Shown here piece after piece: positions 38,297-51,542 of a DNA stretch of 64,000 nt. Origin of the DNA: Phaeosaccion multiseriatum. Its lineage: Eukaryota > Protista > Ochrophyta, other classes. Within the stretch, counting starts at the first letter, position 1; each line of letters starts with the position of its first letter. The DNA is taken from contig OZ218950.1 of the NCBI GenBank assembly GCA_965112735.1, positions 6,758,001 through 6,822,000 on the forward strand, given 5' to 3'. The position numbers and the translations under genes were made by a program. The notes beneath the pieces are model-generated. The model made no database searches. It worked only from the letters and a program-made list of their open reading frames with translations, and was not told the DNA's origin.

Positions 38297-38686
38297 AAAC
38301 GCACACACACAATGCAACCGCGTCTTCAAACTCCACGACTCAACTAGCTACTTACTGCCCCTAGCTACTGACTATTTCACTCAACTACGGCCTAGCTACT
38401 GGCTATTGCTGTCACTGCCCCTGGGGAAGTGTCTACCTATCCTCCTGCGAAGGAAGGAAGGAAGGAAGGGGGGGGGGGGTTTCCTTCCCTCTTTCCTTCC
38501 CTCTTTCCTTCCCTCCCCTCTCCTCTCCTCTTCTCTCCTCTCCCTCTCGCAGACCCTCTCTCACCGCCCCCACGAACACGAGCACTTGGTGTACGCGGTG
38601 GACGGTGCGACGCCACGGGGAGGGGGCGCGAGGACGATGTCCTCTTCGTCGCACTCTGGTCTGCCCCCAGTGGGACGGTGGAGGCC

Positions 38687-39679
38687 TCAGTAGGCACAGC
38701 TCGGACACGCACACATGGGGCCGTGTACGCACGCTCCCCCCTGGATGCCCTGCTGCGCCTGGGGCTGGAGCTGCGCCTGGCGCTGCGGCTGGCCCCCCTG
38801 GGGCGCTCCTGCTCCTGCTCCTGCCATGAAGTTGTAGCCGACGTCCGTTGCCATCGCCGTCGGGTAGGAGGAGCTGCTACTGCTCTTGCCCGGACCTTGA
38901 CCCTGACCCTGCGCAGCCGCTGCCGCCTTGCCCCCGTACTGCTCATGATAAAGCCGAGCAAATTGTTCTGAAACCGACGAGGTAGTCAGCGAGCCACCGG
39001 GAGGGGCGGGGGGCGATGTCGAAGGAGCAGGCGGGGTGTACATACCACTACCTGACGTATCGGCGCCAGCGGCGGCGGCGGCGGCAGCTGCAACGCCCAT
39101 GAGTTGAGGTGGTGGGCTGCTGGAAGGAGTGCTCAACCCCATCTGCGCCATCAGCAGGCCCGGAGGTGGAGGTGTCGATGCACTGCCGCTGCTCATGTAA
39201 CCGCCGTACATGCCCGTTCCCATCAAGGGCATGCCCTGCTGGAAGGGGTAGGGCGACGAGTTGCCCGCGGAAGAGGAAGAAGAGGAAGAAGAAGGTGCTG
39301 CTGCTGCTGCTGCTGCCATCCTTCCACTCGCCCCGGCTGACGAGGCGTCGTTGCTACAACTGCTGTTGTTGTTCTTGTTGTTGTTGTTGGTGGTGTTGAT
39401 GCTGCCGCCTCCTCCGTCTGCCAGGAGCGAGTCTCCGTCCTCCAAGCTACTCGACGAGGACTGAGATCTGCCGATGCGCATTACCCCTGCTGTCAGTGCA
39501 TCCGCCGAAGGAGGAGGCGGCGTCGTACTCAGGCCCATCCCCGCCATCCCGGGGGGTTGCGGAGAGTAGCGGCCCTTGATCTCCGACAAGATGCTCGCCG
39601 CGTCCATATCGTCCTGACGCTTCCGCTTCGGCAGACCCCCTCCTCCTCCTACTGCTCCTCCTACTGCTCCTCCTCCTAG

Positions 39680-39721
<42 letters not shown>

Positions 39722-41947
39722 CCCCCCCCCCATGCCGATGTCCCCCCCCGAGGGAGAGGGCCCCCTCGGGTTCAGCGAGAAGGCTGCGGCCAGGCTCTGT
39801 TGGTACACCGGGCGTGGAGAAGCAATGTGTGTGTGGCAAACCCGCTGAGCGGCGGTAGTAGCCCCTCCGCTGGTGTCTGTAACGCCTTCTCCTCCTGCCT
39901 TATGGTGGTGTGGACCCTGGCCCTGGTGAGCCACTGCTGCCCCTACTGCTGCCGCCTGAGCCGCTGCTGCTGCCACCGAGACCGCCGCAGCTGCCGCCGC
40001 TGCCTGTTGATGATGCCAAGCGACGGGGTCAGGAAGGAAGTTGTGTGCCGCCAGAATCCCTCCTCCTGCTCCTCCTCCTGCTCCTGCTGCTGCTCCTGCT
40101 CCTGCTCCTGCTCCTCCTCCTCCTCCTCCTCCTCCTCCTCCTCCTCCTCCTCCTCCTCCTCCTCCTCCTCCTGCCAGGGCCTGAGGCGAGGCGTTATTAG
40201 GGACAGGGGAAGTGGACTTGATTCGAGCGAGGTCGGCTCCAACCCCCATGTGCTGTTGGAAGTATTGGCTCATCTGCTGCTGGTGCTGCTGCTGTTGCTG
40301 GTGGTGGTGTTGTTGTTGTTGGTGGTACTGCAACTGCTGCTGGTGCTGCTGGTGCATATACTGCCGATGCTGCTGATGGTACATGCTCTCCTCCGGCGAC
40401 ATGTCGTCCCGTCGTAAAGGAGTCTGTTGATGGGGGTGCTGCCCGGGGGGGGCGTGGTGGAGGCGCCTGCGTTGGCTGCTGTCGTGCTGTTGCTGCGCTG
40501 CCCGACTGACGGCATTGAGTTTGACAAGCTTCTCCCTGAACTTGTCCTTGAAAGACTGATTCCCCAAGAACTCAGTCACTACATTGACGTCTGCCGCGGC
40601 GCCTGCTGCTACTGTGTGCTTGGAGGAAGAGGAGGAAGAGGAAGAGCCCCCCCTCGCATGATTTCTGTCGCCGGCCCTCGCCGCCAGACCATTCCCGCTA
40701 ACGCTACTGCTGCTACTACTACTGCTGCTGCTACTGATACCACCCCCTCCCTTGGAGGCGAGGGGGTTTTCTTGCTCGTCGTCCCCCTTGTTCTCATCTG
40801 ATGATGGCGCACCGCCATCCCCCCCCTGCCCGTCCTCCTCCCCAGCGGTGCGGGCTCCCTGCTGGGCGCTACCCTCGTCGTCCTTCATCGCCGACGTCCT
40901 CTGTCCTTCACCTGCGTCGTCTCCGTCCTCGCCATCCTCCTCCTTCCCGTCATTGTTGTTTGCTCTCCGCTGCTGAGCTGCTTCTAACGCCGCTGCGGAG
41001 GCCTGGGCTGCTGCCGCTGCGACAGCCTCTTGGCGATATGACCTCGCTCCTTCCTCTCCTCCACCCTGTTGCTGGCCTTGTTCTGCAATGGTCTCGTTTG
41101 CTGCCTCTTGCGCTGCTGTACACACTCGGTTGAGCTCCTCTAGGCTAGCGGCCTTTCGCCGCTTCACCCGCCCGTTGGAGGACCGAGGTCTTTCTCGCGG
41201 TAGCAGCGCCACCGCCTCGCCGCCGCAGTCGCTCACCTCCCTGTCGCGACGGCACAGCACGGCACAGAACAGTACCAGGGGGGTGAGAGGGGTTGGGGGG
41301 TCCGTGAGGTCACGGTTGGGGAGTTGTGTCTCAGCCTCTCTCCCTGGTAAGCTCCCTGACAAGCTCTCTGCTCTGTCCTTCCCCGACACACCTGTGTAGC
41401 CTCCGAACGTGCCGCCGCATGTACGAGTACCAATGGTTCTTGACGTGGTTGTCGGTCCGCCCTGGTAGCTGCTTGGCGATTTCTGCCCACTTGTTACCGA
41501 GCTCTTGGTGCGCTTTGGCCATGATGGCTTCTTCCTCCTTGGTCCAAGCCTCCTTGCGAATGGCAGGGTCTGTAGTGGGAAGGGGGCGACGTAGAGTGTG
41601 TGTGGGTGGGTGGGGGTGTGACGCAGGACAGACGAAATGAGCAGTGAACTGATTGCCTTCTGTACACCGAGAACAGTCCGACTTAGAACAGCCCCCACAA
41701 GAGGCATTTGCAATCTCCCGCTCTTGCAAGACGCCAAACCCGGCTGGCGTTGCTCTAGCTTACCGAGGTGGTTGTGCCATCTCTCCCAGCACTGTTTCCC
41801 CGTCCGACTCTTGATGTTGTAGTCATGACTGAGGTAGTCTGCTATCAACGTCCAGCTGGCCTTCCCGTACTTCTTCACGAGTCGTCTGATCGCCTCGTCT
41901 TCCTCCTCAGTCCACACCCGTCTCCCCCTACTGGACACCGCTGACAT
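38687..41947 (-). CDS. R2R3-MYB transcription factor with long low-complexity C-terminus (introns approx. 41763-41571 and 41392-41243)
   Basis: 'WTEEEDEAI...[11 protein letters not shown]' joined to '[14 protein letters not shown]...[24 protein letters not shown]'. Confidence 0.93.
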
Positions 41948-42382
41948 ACTCCCTTCCTCCTCCCTTCTCCAGGTCCTTCGACCTCTCTCTCGCGGCCTGC
42001 CACAATGTGCTTCTTTTTTCTTCTAGACTGACTGCTGTTCCGTTAGGTGCTGTGTGCTGCCGCCCCTTGCGAAGCTCTCTGGATGAGGCTCTTGCTCGTG
42101 ATGGCGTGCGTTGCGCTGCGACAGTAGGCGCTATTGCCTGTTGGCTCCTGCTATAAAAACTGAATCCGGTTTACCGAAACACACTCGCTGCAATGGTCCA
42201 TCCTTGTGTGCTGCTCTTCCTTCTCAATGAAACTATTGCTGGGCCTTCCTCCTCGCGCAAACCAGGCCGATTCCAAAACGGAAAACGAAACGTTCATATT
42301 TCAATGACTTACTCTCCTCTCCCTCCTTCTAAGTCAATGATCCCCTAATGAATCCGGGATTTGATTTCTCTCCTTTTTGGAA

Positions 42383-44538
42383 ATGGTACTTTTCTCCTCC
42401 ATGATGAAGCAGTTCTCCTTCCGCAGTACTAAAAGCTCTGGCAGCAGCAGAGAAGAGGGAGAAGGGGAGCAAGTTCCTCCGCCGTCTGCTACATCAGCCT
42501 CACCTTCACCACCACCACCACCACCAGCGGCAGCGGCGGCAGCAGAGGGCTCTGCTGGCAATGAATTTGTAGGGCCGGAGGTCGAGGACACGGAGCAGAC
42601 GGTCGCAGTGCCCCATCCCCCTCCAGCAGCGGGGCTGGTCGCAGGGCGGGAACGCGGGACCCCTTCTCCGGAGAGGCCAAGCGATGGGGAGGGCTTTGGA
42701 AGCAGCATGAGTAACCAAAACGCTTTGGCAGTAGCCGCGGAGGCCGAGGCGGCGGCCGAGTCCAGGAGAGCCGGAATGGACGAGGCGAGGGAGAGGGCTC
42801 GGCAATATGTCAGGCAAAGCACAGCGGATACGGTTTGTTCCTTGAGCGGCGAGAGGGGTCGCAACGTCATCTTCCACCTCACTGGCTTTGGGGCGTTCCA
42901 CAAGGTGGAGTGTAACCCCACCACGCTACTGATGCAGGTGGGTTTTCATGAAGGAAGACAGAGGAGGAGGTGGGGTGGGGGAGAAGGGGGGGGATGCGAA
43001 AGGCATGACGCTGGTGACCATCACTCACTCTTCTCCCTCTCACTCACTCTTTCATCTCCCTCTGCTCTCTCCGTCTCTCTTTTGTACCTCTCTACGTCTC
43101 TCTCTCCCTCCCTCCCCCCTCTCCCTCCCTCTCCGTATCTCTCTCCCCGTCTCTCTCTCCCTCCCCCCCCCTCTCCCTCCTTCTTTCCGTCTCTCTCTTC
43201 CCCCCTCTCTCTATCTCTCCCACCCTTTCTCCGTCTCTCTTTCTCCGCCCATCTTTTTCTGGCGCGCAACTACCAATTTGGCCTGCCCCACGGCTATACA
43301 TCCCCTCCCTCACAGCGCCTACCGGACGCCTTAGCCCTGCGGAAGCGCGAACGAGGAGGCAGCAGTAGCTGCTCCGTAGCGAGCTACACCATCCTCGAGG
43401 TTTCCGCTGTGGGATGCTCCCCTCCCCTCAAACATCTCCATGCTTCCGTGGCCCCCAAGTGGGACGACGATAGTGGTACCGGCACGGCCATTGTGTACAT
43501 TCACTGCGGCGTGGACGCAGCCAACACTACGGGCTTTAAGCTAGAGCAATGTGCCTATAATCAGGTGCGTGAGGGCGAGGGCGAGCTTTGTAACAGGGCT
43601 TTGTACAGTAGCTCCACGTCAGCACTGTCTGTAAAGCAAAGCAGCGGCACTTTTTTTATCCTTTTTCTCCTTCTCACTGTTGTCACACTTGGCCTCTCTC
43701 AACTCGACGCTCTGCCTTCTCTTTTTGTACGTGCGTGGGTATCGTCTGGCATTATAATTCGCACACCTGCGTGATATCCCAGGCGTGTTTCCGAGTGCCG
43801 GATGTGCGAGGGCTTCAGCTTGACGACGAGGTCATCATTCCCGACAACGAGAAGGGACACTGTTACAGGTGAGAAAGAGAGAGGAGAAGAGAAATAGAGG
43901 GAGAGAGAGAGGGGGGGAGAGGGAGGGAGAGAGGGATCTACAGGTTAGAGAAATAGAGCTCCTCCTCCTCCTCCTCCTCCTCCTCCTCCTCCTCCTCCTT
44001 CTCCTCCTCCTCGTCGTCGTCGTCGGAATCAGCATCAAGAGGTCTACTGCCTCCTCTCCCGTCCTTCATCGACCTGCGGGCCCTGTCCGCTGATCTGACT
44101 TGTCCCTCGTATCCCACCCCAACCCCCTCTCCCTCCCCCTCCCCCACCTCATGTCTCCTCCGCCCCCATCCCACATCCTCCTTCGCTTCCTCCCCCTCCC
44201 TTTCCCTTCACCGCAGGACGGACCTGCCCCTCGAAGCCATCCGCGAGAACCTGGATACTGTCCGGGGCTGGGGAGACAAGGTTGCAGTATCCACAGACGC
44301 CGGCCGTTTCGTATGTAACCTTGCTTACTATCGCAGCCTTCACCTCTGCCACAAGAGGAAGGAAGGCAAGGAGGAGGGGGCGGCGGGGAGGGCGGGTGCG
44401 AGGGCACTAGACGCCAACGTGTCACGCCATGTTCTCTTCTTGCACGTGCCGCCCGAGAGCGCGGTGTGTATAGAGGAGCAGTCGCGCTTCGTAATGGACC
44501 TCATGGACGCCATCGAGCTTTATGTCAAGCACCTCTAG
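42383..44538 (+). CDS. Pyroglutamyl peptidase I (peptidase C15), multi-exon
   Basis: 'LTGFGAF...NPT', 'IHCGV', catalytic E in 'FKLEQCAYN', C in 'DAGRFVCN', H in 'LFLHVP'. Confidence 0.9.
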
Positions 44539-45506
44539 TGTGGGGGGATGGTAGTGGATGGACGGTCAGAGGAAGGGGATGGCAGCAGATGAACGGTGGA
44601 GGCAGGATGGCAGTGGATGGACGCCATCGATCTCTGCGTAGTCAAGCACCACCAGTAGGGGGGGGGATGGCAGTGGATGGACGGTAGAGGCGGGATGGCA
44701 GTGGATGAAGAGTATGGGGGGAATGGGTGTGGATGGATGCTATCGAAGTCCATGTCAGGCATATCTAGCAAGCCTGTAGAGGCATGCATGAGAGGAGGCA
44801 GAAGGGTCCAGCATGACGATGACGCGCACGCACGCACACACACACACACACTCACACACATAATGCATGTGCTGTGTGTATAATATATATATGTATGTAT
44901 GTATGTATGTACGTATGTTTTCTGTATGTTGTTACGGTATCACGTATCACGGGTCCTTTTCCTCGCACTTACATTCTCCAGGCCCCAGGCAAGGCAAGGA
45001 AGACGAGTGGGAGGATCTTCGCTTGCATTGTATCACCAACTGCTGGTGCTGGTGCTGTGCCTCTCTCGCAGGGGCGCCTCTGACAGAGCCTCTGGCCTGG
45101 CCTGTGGGCGACCCCCGCTTACGCAAGCACGCACGCACGCACCCGCACCCGCACCCCCCTCCCCTCACTTCACCTCACTCGCTCCACCCCCACCACTACT
45201 TCGTGGCAGCCACAGAGCACAAAATACAGCCGTCACAGTGCTGTCACAGTAACACTCCCCGCTCAAGGCTCAAGAGATTCTCACCTCTCATCTCATCTCT
45301 GCTCTACTGCCTGCTATCATCTCCACTTGTTAGGTAGTTCTCCATCGTCAAATCGTCGTCATTTGTTGTCGACATGTGAACACCCGTGCCGTCGTATGGA
45401 GCGTAGGGTATCGTAGCCCCCCCCTACGGGTCGCTCTGCTGACTTCTTTTGTAAGCCCTTACGTACGTCTTTACGTACGTCCATACGCCCCTATACCCAT
45501 ACGCCC

Positions 45507-48500
45507 TTATGCCAGCTGTGGCTGGAAGTCGTCGATCCGTGAGAGCAGCGTCTTACTGTAGTTGGGAGAGTAGTACTCCACGATCTCGGGCGGGTAGCAC
45601 GCGTTGATGGAATGGATATACTCCTCCAGCTTGCCGTCCACAGTCTCGTTCAGCTCCTGCAAGAACTGCAGGCCTCCGTTCTGTGCGTGTGTGTGTGTGT
45701 GCGTGTGTGCGTGTGTGCGTGTGTGTGTGTGTGTGTGTGAGATGTGGGCGCTCATTCTCTCTTGTGTCTTTTGTGTCTTTCTCCCCCTCCCTCTCTCCCT
45801 CTCCCTCCCTCCCTCCCTCCGTCCGTCCGTCCCTCCCCCCCTCTCTCCCCCTCTCTTTGCCCCTCTCTCCCCCCCCCCCCCCCTCTCTCACCTGTACGAA
45901 GGCTCTCCTGGCCTCTGCATCTTGCGGCAGGAGCTGCGCGAACTGCCTCAGCACGTACTTCTGGACCTGTTTCATTCATTCAGTTTTCGTTTCATTTTCA
46001 GTTCCTCAGTTCCAGTTTCAGTTCAAGTTTCATTATCCACTCACGATAACCGAATCAAGAGTCCTCTATTGTGGATCGACATTTGGAGGTTACAGTTACA
46101 GTCACTGCACTAATCAACATCATTCTCGAATATCGAATGCTCCTTCCTGTCTGTACCTACCTTGACGGGGGAGTCCCTAAGTAGTGGCTGCAGAGCCTGC
46201 AAGTGCGTGCACTTTGCCAGGATGGCCTTCAGAGCGCGTTTGCTCTTTGTCTAAGGGGGCGGGTGGGGAGGGCAGGAGAGTTGGTTGGTTGGTTGGTTGG
46301 TTGGATGCGGGTGGGTTCGTTGGTTGGTTGGTGCGCCCAGGCAGCCCCAACGCCTGTGCCCATATACCTGTGTCGTTACCCACACCCATACGCCTCTATC
46401 ATACCCATTGACATACCTGCAGGTCCTCCGAGGAGTTCTCGTGCACCATGCAGGCCAGCAGATGCCTGAGCACGTCGCCCTCTGCGAGCGCGCGAGCGTG
46501 GTCGGGCGTATGCCTCCCCACCTGTCCCAGAGACCAGGCACACGCAGCCTTGATATGGTCCTCAGGCTCTTGTACCAGCGCCTCCTTCAGTGGAGCCACG
46601 CCCTGGGTGTGTTTGCCATTTGTGATTGTGAGTGTGTTGGATGAAAAGGAGGAGCATCGGGGGGTGGGTGGGTGGGTGATGTGGGTGGGGTATGGGTATC
46701 GATGATGATGTAGTGGTGTATAGATGGGGGTTTGGGTGTGGGTGTGGGTATATGGAGGTGTATGGGTATGGATGTGGGTATGTGGAGGTGTGGGTTAGTT
46801 ACAGGGGTGATGGGGTCGCACACGGACACGTGCACTTATCTATATATCCATACACACACATACACACGCATACACACAATAAACACACACATATATTTAT
46901 ATATATACACATAAACACATACACACACACATACACACGCACACACACACGCACACACACACCTTAGACACGATGACGGCAAGTGCGAGCGTCTCACTGA
47001 AGGCCGAGATGTATCCCAGCGCCATGATACCCGGCAGCTTGGCGTTGCCCTGAGCGTCAGCAACATAGTCGACGAGGGCAGCCGCTCCTCCGCTGTTGAC
47101 GATGAGCTTAGCAAGCTCGGGAGTGTGTTTGGCCACCTCGCGGATGCACGTGGCGGCGTTCTTGCGGACGAAGAGATCAGTGTCCTGGGAAGGAGGGACG
47201 GAGGGAGGGAGGGAGGGAGGGAGGGAGGGAGGGAGGGAGGGAGGTGGAGGAAGGAGGGAGGGGGGGCGGTGAGAGAGCGCCGGGGGAGGGGAGAGGGAGG
47301 GAAGAGAGGCGGAGAACACGAGAGAGAATGGGTCGAGCACACTAGTATACTGGCACTGACACTGTACCTTGAGGCACTTGAGGATGTTGGGGAAGATCTC
47401 CGCCTCCACCACGACCTCTGCCAAGTCCACACTGTGCTTGGCGATCTGACCCAGGCAGCAGCACACCTGAGGACCGGGGTAGGGGCAGCAGTGGGAGGGC
47501 GGCGCGGCAGAAGCGAGAGAGGAGCGGTTACGGTATGGCAGAGCGAGGAGGTCGGGGAGGCATCAGCATAAGGGCTTTAATTATTCAGGGTTGCCTCCCT
47601 CTCTCCCTTCCCCGCCTCCTCCCTCCCTCCTCGCCCCCCCCACCTTACCTGCCGCTTGAGCTTGCAGTCGGGATGCACAATAAGTGGAGCGAGATAGGCC
47701 ACAGCGCCCGAGTCAACGACGGACTGGGCGAGCTCCGGAGAGTGCTTGCAAATGTCGCTCAGGGCCGAGGCGGCGATGCGTTTAAGAGTGATTTCAGGCT
47801 CCTGGATGCACAGGACGAGGAGAGGAACAGTCCCCGCGTCCAGAACGTTCTGCGCAAGGTCTGTGGAGAGGAGGGGGGAGGGTGGGGAGGGAGAGGAGAG
47901 GAGAGGAGAGGAGAGGAGAGGAGGCAAGATAGGCAGTAGCGCGTGAGTCTATGTGCGATTGGGTATCGTCCCCCCCCCCCCCCCCCCCTCCATCAACTGC
48001 CATCCCTCACCTGCGGTGTGCTGAGCGATGTACCCGATGGCCCAGGCTGCCGCCTCCTTGACGGTAGGGTCGAACTCCTCAAGGCAGGGCACGAGTGCGT
48101 CAAGGGCTCCACTGTCCACCACCGCTCGTGCAAGGTCAGGGGAGTGTTTGGCCACGGCGCGGAGGACAAAGGCGGCTGCTTTCTTGTAGAATCTGAGGCA
48201 GGGAAGTTGGTGATACAGAGAGGAGGAGGGAAGGAGAGTTAGGTGAGACCTCACAGCGGGGTTGTGCTGACCGAGCGCCGCCTACGCGATACGAAAGACA
48301 GGCACACAGATAGAGACCCGAGAACCTCTCCAGATCGAACCGAGCCACCCCCTCACCCCGATCCTACCTGTTCTGCTCACTGAGGCTGTAGACGAGCTGG
48401 GGTAGGATCTCGTTGGTCACAACGGCCTCGGCAAGGTCATCGCTGTAGTTGGCAAGGCGACCCAGGGCAAGGGCGGCGCTTTGCTGGATGCTCGGCACGT

Positions 48501-49062
48501 TGTCCAGGAGGAGGGGGCGGAGGAGCTGTGGGTGCGTGTGTGTGTGTTGGTTTGGATGTGTGCGTGTGGGGGGGGGGCGTAGGTGGTCCAAGGAAAGAGA
48601 GGGGGAGATGGGGCGGGGAGTGAACCAGAGGTGCGAAATCAGCCACCACCGCAGGCCGTATCCCTCTTTCCTGCTTCATCCTCCGTCACTACCACACCCT
48701 TTGACACGACGCTGATCAACCGCCCTACAGCCCCCAACTCTCTGTCTCCACTGTACTCCCACACCCATCCAAATCTCTAAAGCTGAGCCCCATCCCCTCA
48801 GTCCGTAGCTCCTGCATGTTCCCTCAACGCATGCTCCCCCCCAACTCACGACCCCGCCATACATCCCACTCGCGGCTGTGCTGCGGCAGCAAGGTAGACA
48901 GATGTCTTCTCCCCAGCCATATTTGCGTACCTGCATCACTCCGGCATTCTGCATGACCTCAATGTTCTGAGGCCGGGTGGCGGCCTCTGCGACGGCCTGG
49001 ACAAAGGTCACTCTCGCCTTCTGATACGCCTCAAAGTGCTGCAGCACAGACACTCCACTCAT
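45507..49062 (-). CDS. SPAG6: Sperm-associated antigen 6 / PF16 axonemal central-pair armadillo protein, multi-exon
   Basis: 'FEAYQKARVTFVQAVAEAATRPQNIEVMQNAGVM', 'AALALGRLANYSDDLAEAVV', 'YPPEIVEYYSPNYSKTLL'. Confidence 0.97.
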
Positions 49063-50529
49063 GGCCGACGTTGGGGCGGGAGAGACAAGGGGCCCAGCGG
49101 CAGCTGCTTCTATTCCTTCGCGTCTGAAGAGGTTTTCGTTCAATAGAGAGTGCCGTGGGTCGGCATCCACAGGGGCAGGTGGGGAGGAGGTGAGCGAAGA
49201 GTTGGGAGAGGAGAGGATCAGTGCGGATCGGCAGGGAAGAGAAAGCGTAGAAACATCAGTGATAAACACCAACCCCCACGCGAGAGTGGCGTGCGCAATA
49301 GTGGATGACAGCGACGGGCAAGCTTCACGAAGGTGTGAATTTCTGCTTGTCCTCTTTGCTGTTGCCCAGCTTGCTCGCCTCGAGCCCTAACCCTTATCCC
49401 TCCTTTCTTATACCTGAAGCCTCTCGTTCTCTGTCCTCTCTCTCTGTGTAGTCACCTCCGTAGGATGTTAAGGCGGCAAGAGTTCACGGACAATCGTTCA
49501 CGCCGTCGCCTACAGTTTCATCTCAGTTTCCGGTTTCGTTTTTGGTATTTTTTCGGTCTCGAGGTCGACCGAGCGGCTCGACAGGAAAAATCGAGCGAGT
49601 CCCTCCCCTCTCTTTTTTTTTTTTCTCTTCTTACGCCCCCTTGCGCACTCCTGCTCTTCCTGTGCCAGCACGACTGGGTGGGGGGGTGGTCTTCCTTTGG
49701 CACGGAAAACGGTGAGCGGGAAAGGAGGGGGTAGGGGAAGGGAGACAGGGGAGAAGGTTGCTCCCTTCTTTCGAAATTAGAAAATAGAGAAGGGAGATGG
49801 GGGGGAGTGAAGATGAGGAGGAGCAGCAGGAGCAGTTGTGACGAAAAAAGCGGAGAAGCTGCACAGCTGAGGTCTGTCACCAGTCTTGTCTGCTCCCCTG
49901 CCAAGTGCGATACAGGAAAGAAAGAGAAGATGGGAACGCGTTGGGTGTCTTCCTTCCAGAGAGGAGTGGATTGGGAATGCCTGAGCTGAGTACCTCTATG
50001 GGTGCATACCTGCGAGGGCGGAGAGGCAATGAGGAGTAAGGGTGGCCAGCCAGGAGGGACTGAGAGTATAACGCTTTCTCCTCCCCCATCCAAGGAGAGA
50101 GATCGGCAATTTGTTCCACCCTTCAGGGCATGCTCCCCTCCCTTGCCAGACGCCCAACTCATTCCCTTTCTGCACAATCACATCTCGGACCTACCGCTCT
50201 TCTCCCTCCACTCTTGCCGTTGCGACACTCATTTCCGCTAATGGCTCGCAGCCAGCAGGATACATTTGGAAGGAGAGGGCATGGAGCACAGGGCTTGGAG
50301 CGGTGGGAGCGGAAGGTGAACCCAAACCAGACAAGCCCGCAGTCTGTCGACAGGAGGGCGGAGCGAAGACGAGGAGGGAAGGCCTGGCCTGTAGCACGCC
50401 CGCGAAGGCTGCCTGAGGACACAGGGGAAGGAGAAGAGGGAAGGGCACAAGGACAGAAGAGAGGTGACGGCTGTCCGTGAACCGTGAACGAGCGTGCGCG
50501 CGTGAGTGTGTGCGTGCGTGCGCCGAGCC

Positions 50530-51500
50530 ATGTCGTCCAGCAAGCTAAGGCAGCTTATCAGGGATGTGCGGGCCTGCAAGACTGCGGCGGAAGAGCGAAA
50601 GGTTGGTGGTGTGGTGGAGGGCAGGGGGGGGTGTAAGTCGCAGCGCCTCCAGCGCCTGGCAAACAAGAGGGTTATCAGGGTTATCTGCCCCCCTGATTGT
50701 GTGCAGCTGACACGTGCATACGTATGTGTAGCTTACCCACTCACCGTACTCTGGCGACTCTCGACTAAGTATCGTTTGGCCCGCTGTTGCTCTGCTGTGG
50801 TGCTACTGTGGTGTTGCTGTGGCTGGTGATGGTGATGGTGCTGCCCTCCACACACGACGATAGGTGGTCACAAGCGAGTGTGCAAGCATTCGAACCTCCT
50901 TCAAGAACAATGACGAACACTCACGCGCCCGCAACCTGGCCAAGCTGCTCTACATACACATGCTCGGTGAGTGGAGGGAGTGGATAAGCAGTGGTCTTGG
51001 GGGCAAGAGTTTGGTGAACCACACACAACACACACGCACACACCTCCCTATTTCTGTCCCTAGCACCCTCTCTCCCTCTCACTCCCTTACCTGTCTCTCC
51101 CCCTCTCTCTCTCCCTCTCTCCCTCCTCTCTCTCTCTCTCTCTCTCTCTCCCTCCCTCTCTCCCTCTCTCTCTCCCTCTCTCTCTCCCCCCCCCCCCCTC
51201 TCTCTCTCTCTCTCTCGCTCCCTCTCTCCCCCCTGCCCTACCTCCCCTTTCCCTTGTTTCTTTGACCAACAGGGTATCCCTCCCACTTCGGGCAAATGGA
51301 GTGCGTGAAGCTGCTTGCCAGCCCCGTGTTCGCTGACAAGCGTATCGGATATCTCGGCCTCACCCTCATGTTACAGGAAGTGGACGAGGTGGGTGGGTGG
51401 GTGGGGAGGGGTGGTGGGCGGAGATGGGGGCAGGACAGGGAAGCAAGCGGAGTACAGTTGTACACGCACAGAGAGGGAGAGAGAGGGAGAGGGAGGGAGA

Positions 51501-51542
<42 letters not shown>

